Below are positions 55,026 through 61,892 of a DNA stretch of 61,892 nt, piece after piece. Below the pieces are notes generated by a model. The model had not been told where the DNA came from, ran no database searches, and was given only the letters and a program-made list of their open reading frames with translations. The stretch lies in contig JANNXV010000138.1 in NCBI GenBank assembly GCA_031409815.1, forward strand, positions 1-61,892, in the 5' to 3' direction. The position numbers and the translations under genes were made by a program. Numbering within the stretch: position 1 is the first letter of the stretch; the number at the start of each line of letters is the position of its first letter. The stretch comes from Bacteroidota bacterium. GTDB lineage: Bacteria; Bacteroidota; Bacteroidia; AKYH767-A; OLB10.

Positions 55026-55772
55026 ATGACTAAGCTAATAATAATCCTTATTTCGATAGGCATTCTATTTCTATTATGGATAATAGAAGCACGAATATTT
55101 CTCTGGTTTTTTCACAAATTAGTTTTTTCTTCCGAAAAAGGAACTGCTTTAAATATTGAGAAAAATACTCGATTTCCGGAAAGCAAATTGCTCGAAAAAA
55201 ACTGGATTACTATTTATAATGAATTGCAAGATGTGCTAAGTGAAAACAAACACATACCCAAGTTTCACGAGGTGGATAAAGCAAACCATAAAATATCATT
55301 TGATGAAGGCCCTGCCTGGCGAATGATTGTTTTAAAAGCTTATGATAGTTGGTTTACTAAAAATTGTGACCGCTTTCCTCAAACTTATGAACTGATGAAA
55401 AATATTCCTTCTATTTCTACCATCACATTTTCAATTCTCGAATCGGGTGTAATCATTCCTCCACACACAGGCAAGCTGCGTGGTATTTTCAGGTATCATC
55501 TTGGGCTTTCGGTTCCGGCTTCTGATAACTGCTATATGATTGTGAATGGTGAAAGATATTATTGGAAACAAGGCGAAGGTGTGTTGTTTGACGACACTTA
55601 TCTTCATTCAGTTATTAACTATTCAAAGGAACATAGAATTATTTTATTTCTCGATGTCAAAAAGCGTTCGTCAATCATTATTCAAATTATTGATAAAATG
55701 ATTGCTGAAATGATACATTGTTCGCCTGTCTTCAAAAAGGCCTTAAGCAAGGGAATTATCAACCTTGATTAG
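55026..55772 (+). CDS. aspartyl/asparaginyl beta-hydroxylase family dioxygenase (LpxO/OlsC-like)
   Basis: N-terminal TM anchor and a cupin core IPPHTGKLRGIFRYHLGL...GEGVLFDDTYLHSV. Confidence 0.8.
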   Translation: MTKLIIILISIGILFLLWIIEARIFLWFFHKLVFSSEKGTALNIEKNTRFPESKLLEKNWITIYNELQDVLSENKHIPKFHEVDKANHKISFDEGPAWRMIVLKAYDSWFTKNCDRFPQTYELMKNIPSISTITFSILESGVIIPPHTGKLRGIFRYHLGLSVPASDNCYMIVNGERYYWKQGEGVLFDDTYLHSVINYSKEHRIILFLDVKKRSSIIIQIIDKMIAEMIHCSPVFKKALSKGIINLD

Positions 55773-55816
55773 TCAGCAAGAATTATAACTTTACAAAAAC
55801 CAAATTGTTTACAAAA

Positions 55817-57349
55817 ATGAAAAAAAAATACTTGCTTATCCCTCTTCTGGCAGAGATGATTTTCTTTACTCAAATTTCCTCTGCACAAATTACTTTTCAA
55901 AAAATATTTGGAGGAACAGGTTCGGATTTCGGTACTGACGTGCAACTAACAAATGACGGTGGATATATTATTACCGGTCTTATTGAAAATAATTTTGTGG
56001 CTGGCAATAGTGATGCTTTTCTACTTAAGACAGATGCAAATGGAGATACTTTATGGACGAAGACTTATGGCGGAGCAAGTTCTGATGGAGGACGCGCTGT
56101 ACAACAGACCAGTGACAGTGGTTATATTATTACAGGCTTTTCTGAAAGCTTCAATAATATTTATTTGCTGAAGACCAACTCCACCGGAAATCTTTTATGG
56201 ACAAAAACCTTTGGCGGTGCAGGTACTCCTGAAGGCGAATCGGTAATACAAACTACGGATGGAGGGTACTTTATTTCTGGAGGTGGGAATGCTCTAAATT
56301 TAATTAAGACAGATTCGAATGGTGATACGCTGTGGACAAAAGCTTACGGAGGAACCGGCCCTTGCAGAGCATATGCAGTTCAACAAACAAATGACGGAGG
56401 TTATATTGTTAGTGGCTATGCACAGGGTTTAATAACTGGAACTGATTATTATTTATTAAAACTAAATGCTGTTGGAGATTCCTTATGGACCCGGACTTAT
56501 GGTGGAATGAGTTCTGAAAGAGCTTACTCTGTTAAACAAACCAGCGATGGAGGATACATAATTGCAGGTTTAACATTTAGTTTTGGTGCAGGTGTTGATG
56601 ATTTGTATTTAGTAAGAACAGATACCACTGGAAATGTTTTGTGGTCGAGGGTTTATGGTGGAGTGGGTGATGACTTTGCTTATTCTGTTGAACAGACCGT
56701 TGATGGTGGATTTATTATAGCCGGACGTACAGCGAGCTTTGGTGCCGGAAATGGTGATGCTTATTTGCTCAAAACCGATTCAAATGGAACGCTTATGTGG
56801 TCAAAAACATATGGTGGAACAAGTACTGATGGAGGTCGTTCGGTTCAACAGACAGCAGACGGTGGTTATATTATTACCGGGTTTTCATCGGTTAATACAG
56901 ATATTGATATTTATTTAATAAAGACAGATGCCAATGGTAACAGCGGATGCAATCAGGGAAATCCGGCAACTATTGCTGACACAGCAGCAACCATTACCGG
57001 AAGCACAGGTTTTTCGTTTTCTTCTGGCAGCTTGGTAACTTCTACTGCCACCCTTACAAGCAATGGTTTTCCAATTACTCCGCTTTGTCTCAATACCAGT
57101 GTAAACGAAATTGCAACTGCTATTTCTCTGCATGTTTATCCCAATCCTTTTACAAACGAATTTATCATATCCGGTACTAAAGAAAATGGAGAAGTTACAT
57201 TATATGATGTAACAGGAAAAGAAATTATACGGCAAAAAACTATTGATGGAGAAACAAAATTCAAAACAAATGTTTTGCAACCCGGTTATTATTTGCTTAA
57301 CTACATTTTAGAAAATAAAACTGCAAACATCAAGCTTGTGAAATTCTAA
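55817..57349 (+). CDS. seven-repeat beta-propeller-like protein with T9SS sorting domain
   Basis: Signal peptide; seven units ..YGG...D.g..v.QT.DGGYIItG......D.yLlKTD.nGd.LW.K..; and the tail VYPNPFTNEFIISG..GYYLLNY. Confidence 0.8.
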   Translation: MKKKYLLIPLLAEMIFFTQISSAQITFQKIFGGTGSDFGTDVQLTNDGGYIITGLIENNFVAGNSDAFLLKTDANGDTLWTKTYGGASSDGGRAVQQTSDSGYIITGFSESFNNIYLLKTNSTGNLLWTKTFGGAGTPEGESVIQTTDGGYFISGGGNALNLIKTDSNGDTLWTKAYGGTGPCRAYAVQQTNDGGYIVSGYAQGLITGTDYYLLKLNAVGDSLWTRTYGGMSSERAYSVKQTSDGGYIIAGLTFSFGAGVDDLYLVRTDTTGNVLWSRVYGGVGDDFAYSVEQTVDGGFIIAGRTASFGAGNGDAYLLKTDSNGTLMWSKTYGGTSTDGGRSVQQTADGGYIITGFSSVNTDIDIYLIKTDANGNSGCNQGNPATIADTAATITGSTGFSFSSGSLVTSTATLTSNGFPITPLCLNTSVNEIATAISLHVYPNPFTNEFIISGTKENGEVTLYDVTGKEIIRQKTIDGETKFKTNVLQPGYYLLNYILENKTANIKLVKF

Positions 57350-57424
57350 ACAATTGTAGCTCGAATACAAAACAATACAATGAACAAATAATATTGACAA
57401 TTAAAATACTAAACTAAAACTTAA

Positions 57425-58468
57425 ATGAAAATATTTATACTAACTATCAACTTACTTTTAATTGCAGAAATAATAATTGCACAACCGGTTTTTACCTCCG
57501 CAAATTTGCCGGCAATTGGTGTGACAATTAATAGTTATGATTTAGCAGACACCATACAACCCTCGCAAATAACAACCGGCACTAACCAGTATTGGAACTT
57601 TTCTTCTGTAACTTCTCAAGGAGGATTGTATTCAACTACAAAATACATCGATCCAATAAACACACCCTATTATAGTAGTTTTCCTATCGCCACCAATGCT
57701 ACAGAAACTATTTATCCGGTCGATTCCAGTTATGGCTATGTCGATTTTCAGTCAGGGTACTATGATTTTTTGGGAGCCAAATATGTTTCAAATGGAACCA
57801 TTTATACCACAACATATAATGATCCGCACCGATCGTTTGTATTCCCATTTAACTATGGGGATGTGTTTAATGATGCTTACGAATATTTAAGAACTAACAA
57901 CACAAGTTCTGATCACTTTCATAAAATCGCAACCTCAGTTGTATCAGCTCCCGGATATGGATCTCTTGTGTTACCCTCGGGAACATTTATCAATTGTCTT
58001 TTGTTAAAACGGGTTACTGTAAGCAGGGATTCTTCGTTTACGGGAAGTATTACTACGGCTACTGATCACACCACAACTACTTATACTTTTTATAATTCAA
58101 CTTTTGCAGGATCATTGTTCTCTTTAAACTACGATTCAATTTATTATTTAGCATCAGGAGTAAGTACTTCTTATTATTATGGCTTTTATTATAATAATGT
58201 AACAAGTATTAATGAAGTAAATGCTAGCGATAATATTTCTATTTATCCTAACCCCACCACCAATCTCTTTACAATCAACATTAGCGGTAACTACAAAAAA
58301 GCTGAAATATCCATCTCTGATTTAACAGGAAAAATAATTTACGTTTCAACTATTTCAGATTCAGAAAAAACAGAAGTGAATACAAAAGACTTTGTAGGAG
58401 GAGTTTATCTCGTTCAAATTCAAACAGCAGATTTTATTGAAACTAAAAAACTAATTGTAAAAAACTAA
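57425..58468 (+). CDS. secreted hypothetical protein with T9SS sorting domain
   Basis: Signal peptide and a Tyr/Ser/Thr-rich body. The C-terminal IYPNPTTNLFTINISGNYKKAE...GVYLVQIQTADFIETKKLIVKN is nearly identical to the tails of the two following genes. Confidence 0.8.
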   Translation: MKIFILTINLLLIAEIIIAQPVFTSANLPAIGVTINSYDLADTIQPSQITTGTNQYWNFSSVTSQGGLYSTTKYIDPINTPYYSSFPIATNATETIYPVDSSYGYVDFQSGYYDFLGAKYVSNGTIYTTTYNDPHRSFVFPFNYGDVFNDAYEYLRTNNTSSDHFHKIATSVVSAPGYGSLVLPSGTFINCLLLKRVTVSRDSSFTGSITTATDHTTTTYTFYNSTFAGSLFSLNYDSIYYLASGVSTSYYYGFYYNNVTSINEVNASDNISIYPNPTTNLFTINISGNYKKAEISISDLTGKIIYVSTISDSEKTEVNTKDFVGGVYLVQIQTADFIETKKLIVKN

Positions 58469-58475
58469 AACCAAC

Positions 58476-60173
58476 ATGAAAATAAAACTAACATGCTCGA
58501 TTATTGTTCTCTCAATAATTTTTTTATGCTGCGAAAAAACAAATGCACAAGCACCCAATTGGCAATGGGCAAAGAGCGCAGGAGGCACTGCTCATGATTG
58601 GGGACGCAGCGTTGCCACCGATGCAAGCGGTAATGTATTTATGACGGGCTACTTTGAAAGTCCTTCCATCACATTTGGAACAATAACTTTAACTCATATA
58701 AGCTTTTTCATGGCAGATATTTTTATAGTAAAATATGATGCAAGCGGAAATGCACTTTGGGCAAAAAGCGCAGGCGGTTTTGATTTTGATAAGGGCCTTA
58801 GTGTTGCAACAGATGTAAACGGCAATGTATTTATGACGGGCTCGTTTTATAGTCCTACCATCACCTTTGGAACAATAACGTTGACCAATGCAGGCTCTTC
58901 CACTGCAGATATTTTTATAGTAAAATATGATGCAAGCGGAAATGTGCTTTGGGCAAAAAGTGCTGGCGGTGCTTCTTATGATGAGGGATCTGGCGTTGCC
59001 ACAGATGCAAGTGGCAATGTATTTATTACGGGCCAGTTTAATAGTGCCACTATAAATTTTGGAACAATAACTTTAACAAATGCAGGCGTATCCATTGTTG
59101 ATGTTTTTATTACAAAGTATGATGCAAATGGAAATGTGCTTTGGGCAAAGAGTGCAGGCAGTACCGGTGCTGATGTTGGCACTAGCATTTCGACCGATAC
59201 AAGCGGGAATGTATTTATGACAGGCAATTTTCGGAGTCCTACCATAACCTTCGGGTCAATAACTTTAACTCATACAGGCACCACAATGTATAATGATATT
59301 TTCATTGTGAAATATGATGCAAGTGGAAATGTGCTTTGGGCAAAAAGTGCAGGAGGTACTTCTTATGATGAAGGATACAGCGTTTCCACAGATGTAAGCG
59401 GGAATGTATTTATGACTGGCAAAATAAATAGTCCTACCATTACTTTTGGAACAATAACTTTAACCACTGCAAGCGCCCTGGGTTCTGGTGATATTTTTAT
59501 TGTGAAATATGATACAAGCGGAAATGTGCTTTGGGCAAAAAGCGCTGGAGGTGGCACCTCTGATCAAGGATATAGCGTTTCCACCGATGCAAGCGGCAAT
59601 GTATTTATTACGGGCTCTTTTTGGAGTCCTACCATCAGCTTTGGCACAATAACTTTAACCAATGCAGGCTCTTGTGATATTTTTATTGTGAAATATGATG
59701 CAAACGGAAATGTGCTTTGGGCAAAAAGTGTTGGTGGTGTTTCTAATGATGAAGGCTTAAGCGTTTCCACCGATGCTAACGGCAATGTATTTATTGCAGG
59801 CTCTTCCCGGAGCCCTACCATCAGCTTTGGAACAACAACTTTAACCATTGCATCTGCAATCTATGTTGATATTTTTATTGCCAAGTTAGATACAGTGTTA
59901 GTAACAGGTGGTAATGAGATTGAAACGAGCGACAATGGTGTTTTGTTATTTCCTAACCCTGCCAACAATCATCTCACAATCGCTTTAGCAAGCAACTATA
60001 AAAAAACCGAAGTAACCATTACGGATATAACAGGGAAAATAATTTACTCAGCCACCGAATCAGCAATGCAGAAAATGGAAGTAAGTACAAAAGATTTTGC
60101 ATCGGGCGTTTACCTGGTACAAATTCAAACAACAGATTTTATTGAAACTAAAAAACTAATTGTAAAAAACTAA
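58476..60173 (+). CDS. SBBP-repeat seven-bladed beta-propeller protein with T9SS sorting domain
   Basis: Seven ..DIFIVKYDASGNVLWAKSAGG..S..TD.SGNVFMTG.F.SPTITFGTITLT.. units. Tail LFPNPANNHLTI...IETKKLIVKN. Confidence 0.9.
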   Translation: MKIKLTCSIIVLSIIFLCCEKTNAQAPNWQWAKSAGGTAHDWGRSVATDASGNVFMTGYFESPSITFGTITLTHISFFMADIFIVKYDASGNALWAKSAGGFDFDKGLSVATDVNGNVFMTGSFYSPTITFGTITLTNAGSSTADIFIVKYDASGNVLWAKSAGGASYDEGSGVATDASGNVFITGQFNSATINFGTITLTNAGVSIVDVFITKYDANGNVLWAKSAGSTGADVGTSISTDTSGNVFMTGNFRSPTITFGSITLTHTGTTMYNDIFIVKYDASGNVLWAKSAGGTSYDEGYSVSTDVSGNVFMTGKINSPTITFGTITLTTASALGSGDIFIVKYDTSGNVLWAKSAGGGTSDQGYSVSTDASGNVFITGSFWSPTISFGTITLTNAGSCDIFIVKYDANGNVLWAKSVGGVSNDEGLSVSTDANGNVFIAGSSRSPTISFGTTTLTIASAIYVDIFIAKLDTVLVTGGNEIETSDNGVLLFPNPANNHLTIALASNYKKTEVTITDITGKIIYSATESAMQKMEVSTKDFASGVYLVQIQTTDFIETKKLIVKN

Positions 60174-60180
60174 AACCAAC

Positions 60181-61854
60181 ATGAAAACAAAACTAACGTA
60201 CTCAATTATTTTTCTTTCATTAATTTTTTTTAGCTGCGAAAAAACAAATGCACAAGCACCCAACTGGCTTTGGGCAAAAAGCGCAGGTGGCACTTCTGGT
60301 GATGAGGGACGCAGCGTTGCCACTGATGCAAGCGGTAATGTATTTATGACGAACTGGTTTTTGAGTGACACCATCAGCTTTGGATCAATAACTTTAACCA
60401 ATACAAATGCAGGCTCTTCCTCTGCAAATATCTTTATAGTAAAATATGATGCAGGTGGAAATGTGATTTGGGCAAAGAGCGAAGGCGGTAATTCTTATGG
60501 CTTTAGCAACAGCATTTCCATTGATACAAGCGGGAATGTATTTATAACTGGCGTGTTTAATAGTCCCACTATCAGCTTTGGAACAATAACGTTGACCAAT
60601 GCAGGCAGTTGGGATATTTTTATTGTGAAATATGATGCAAACGGAAATATGCTTTGGGCAAAAAGTGCAGGCGGTTATTATGATGATTCGTGCAACAGCA
60701 TTTCCACTGATGCAAGTGGAAATGCATTTATGACGGGCTATTTTTCTAGTGATACCATCACCTTTGGAACAATAACTTTAACTAGTGCAGGTTATCCCGA
60801 TAATGATATTTTTATTGTAAAATATGATGCAAGTGGAAATGTACTTTGGGCCCAGAGTGCAGGCGATAGTACTGGATCTGATCATGGTAGCAGTGTTGCT
60901 ACCGATGCAAACGGGAATGTATTTATGACGGGATATTACGACAGTTATATCATCAGCTTTGGAACAATTACTATCTCAAATAATCCGGGTATTTTTCTTG
61001 TGAAATACGATGCAAGTGGAAATGCGCTTTGGGTAAAAGTTGCTAACGCAGGGAGTTCTTTCGACAACTATTTCGTTTCTACAGATGTAAGCGGGAATGT
61101 ATTTATGACGGGCAATTTTTTTTGTAATATAACTTTTGGAGCAACAACTTTAACCAATAACTGTAGTAACCAGGATATTTTTATTGTGAAATATGACGCA
61201 AGTGGAAATTTGCTTTGGGCAAAGCGTGCAGGCGGTAATTATACTGACGCGGTCCTTAGCGTTGCTACCGATGCAAACGGGAATGTACTTATAACGGGCC
61301 AATTTAAAAGTGCCACCACCTTTGGAACAACAACTTTAACCAATGCAAATGGAGTAAACTATCAGGATATTTTTATTGCGAAATATGATGCAAGCGGAAA
61401 TGTGCTTTGGGCAAAGAGTGCTGGCGGTAATTTTGATGATGTGGGTTACAGCGTTTCTACTGATGCAAGCGGGAATGTATTTATGACAGGCGCGTTTAGC
61501 ACTATCATCACCTTTGGATCAACTACGTTGACCAATGCAGGCTTTAGAGATATTTTTATTGCCAAGTTAGATACAGTGTTAGTGACTGGTAACAATGAGA
61601 TTAAAAATACGGATAATGGTATTTTGTTATTTCCTAATCCTGCCACCAATCTCTTTACCATCAACATTAGCAGTAACTACAAAAAAGCTGAAGTAACTAT
61701 TACGGATATAACAGGGAAAATAATTTACACAGCCACAGTAACAGAACAAGAAAAAACAGAAGTGAATACAAAAGATTTTGCAGCGGGAGTTTACCTGGTA
61801 CAAATTCAAACAACAGATTTTATTGAAACTAAAAAACTAATTGTAAAAAACTAA
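60181..61854 (+). CDS. SBBP-repeat seven-bladed beta-propeller protein with T9SS sorting domain (paralog)
   Basis: Same architecture as the preceding gene, 7 nt after its stop. Tail LFPNPATNLFTINISSNYKKAE...IETKKLIVKN. Confidence 0.9.
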   Translation: MKTKLTYSIIFLSLIFFSCEKTNAQAPNWLWAKSAGGTSGDEGRSVATDASGNVFMTNWFLSDTISFGSITLTNTNAGSSSANIFIVKYDAGGNVIWAKSEGGNSYGFSNSISIDTSGNVFITGVFNSPTISFGTITLTNAGSWDIFIVKYDANGNMLWAKSAGGYYDDSCNSISTDASGNAFMTGYFSSDTITFGTITLTSAGYPDNDIFIVKYDASGNVLWAQSAGDSTGSDHGSSVATDANGNVFMTGYYDSYIISFGTITISNNPGIFLVKYDASGNALWVKVANAGSSFDNYFVSTDVSGNVFMTGNFFCNITFGATTLTNNCSNQDIFIVKYDASGNLLWAKRAGGNYTDAVLSVATDANGNVLITGQFKSATTFGTTTLTNANGVNYQDIFIAKYDASGNVLWAKSAGGNFDDVGYSVSTDASGNVFMTGAFSTIITFGSTTLTNAGFRDIFIAKLDTVLVTGNNEIKNTDNGILLFPNPATNLFTINISSNYKKAEVTITDITGKIIYTATVTEQEKTEVNTKDFAAGVYLVQIQTTDFIETKKLIVKN

Positions 61855-61861
61855 AACCAAC

Positions 61862-61892
61862 ATGAAAACAAAACTAACGTACTCAATTATTT
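61862..61892 (+). CDS. 5' end of a further SBBP/T9SS paralog (truncated by window edge)
   Basis: These 31 nt (MKTKLTYSII..) are identical to 60181..60211 and are preceded by the same 7-nt spacer. Confidence 0.7.
   Translation, partial: MKTKLTYSII

Larger units (their letters stand above)
58412..61892 (+). repeat. tandem gene-sized repeat (units of 1705 and 1681 bp) with internal 186-195 bp periodicity
   Basis: Gene starts at 58476, 60181 and 61862. 60108..60211 equals 61789..61892 (104/104 nt read by eye). The internal motif aaatatgatgcaa recurs at 58731, 58923, 59115, 59310, 59505 and 59691. Confidence 0.85.

Noticed and set aside
58976-60401. Minus-strand ORFs of 64-94 aa (58976..59245, 59363..59557, 59564..59848, 60156..60401; also 61446..61667 and 61627..61809) with mutually similar sequences (..KVIVPK.MVGL..PVINTLPLASVETL..)
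   Set aside because: They are the reverse-frame shadow of the highly repetitive SBBP coding repeats. Their similarity to one another just reflects the sense-strand repeat, and the sense ORFs have signal peptides, propeller repeats and T9SS tails.
58476-61892. Regular ~190-bp periodic repeats that could superficially suggest a CRISPR-like or satellite array
   Set aside because: The repeats are long (62-65 codons), in frame, lie inside intact ORFs and encode propeller blades. There are no short direct repeats with unique spacers and no cas genes in the window.
1-61892. Search for mobile elements, prophage, CRISPR-Cas, restriction-modification, toxin-antitoxin or other known defence systems
   Set aside because: No transposase, integrase, recombinase, Cas, methylase/endonuclease, phage structural or typical TA-sized gene pairs were recognisable in any frame. 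The only tRNA is not flanked by an integration scar that I can see. Accessory character comes from paralog expansion instead.

Overview
AT-rich (mid-30s %GC by eye, not computed) chromosomal segment, almost certainly from a Bacteroidota bacterium. Support: 12 of about 55 predicted proteins end in T9SS C-terminal sorting domains (..[FY]PNP.. motif followed by a short beta-rich tail), TAnnTTTG-type -7 promoter boxes precede several genes, and several Bacteroidota-typical families are present (Omp28-related, IPExxxVDY, SBBP propellers). Housekeeping genes: uvrC, two LPS-core-type glycosyltransferases, class IV aminotransferase, pyk, an M42 peptidase, tadA, one tRNA(CAT), mce, a rhomboid protease, ruvB, queG, ubiX, a DnaJ-like J-protein and dsbD. 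I found no rRNA, CRISPR array, transposase, integrase, phage gene or recognisable defence or toxin-antitoxin system. Four accessory regions stand out. (1) 24.4-32.2 kb: exported thioredoxin-like CxxC proteins (Omp28-related, two with CGPC plus a T9SS tail), a TlpA reductase and a large beta-barrel. More thiol-redox genes follow up to 41.9 kb, including a second TlpA-like protein, a stand-alone DsbD-alpha and full DsbD. (2) 42.0-50.8 kb: a minus-strand sulfur-handling cluster of Crp/Fnr, TauE, TsdA, an orphan SoxB-like hydrolase, an exported DsrE-like protein, a persulfide-dioxygenase/rhodanese fusion, a rhodanese, a TPMT-like methyltransferase fused to an HMA-like domain, and split YeeE/YedE. 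No SoxXAYZ is visible. (3) 51.3-55.8 kb: an envelope-lipid locus (AsmA/DUF748-like, OlsE-like and OlsC/LpxO-like hydroxylases) with a decayed lhgO fragment. (4) 55.8-61.9 kb: an array of seven-bladed propeller T9SS cargo genes whose gene junctions are identical over more than 100 nt, running off the window edge. All homology calls rest on motif recognition from memory. No alignments, HMM searches or folding energies were computed.
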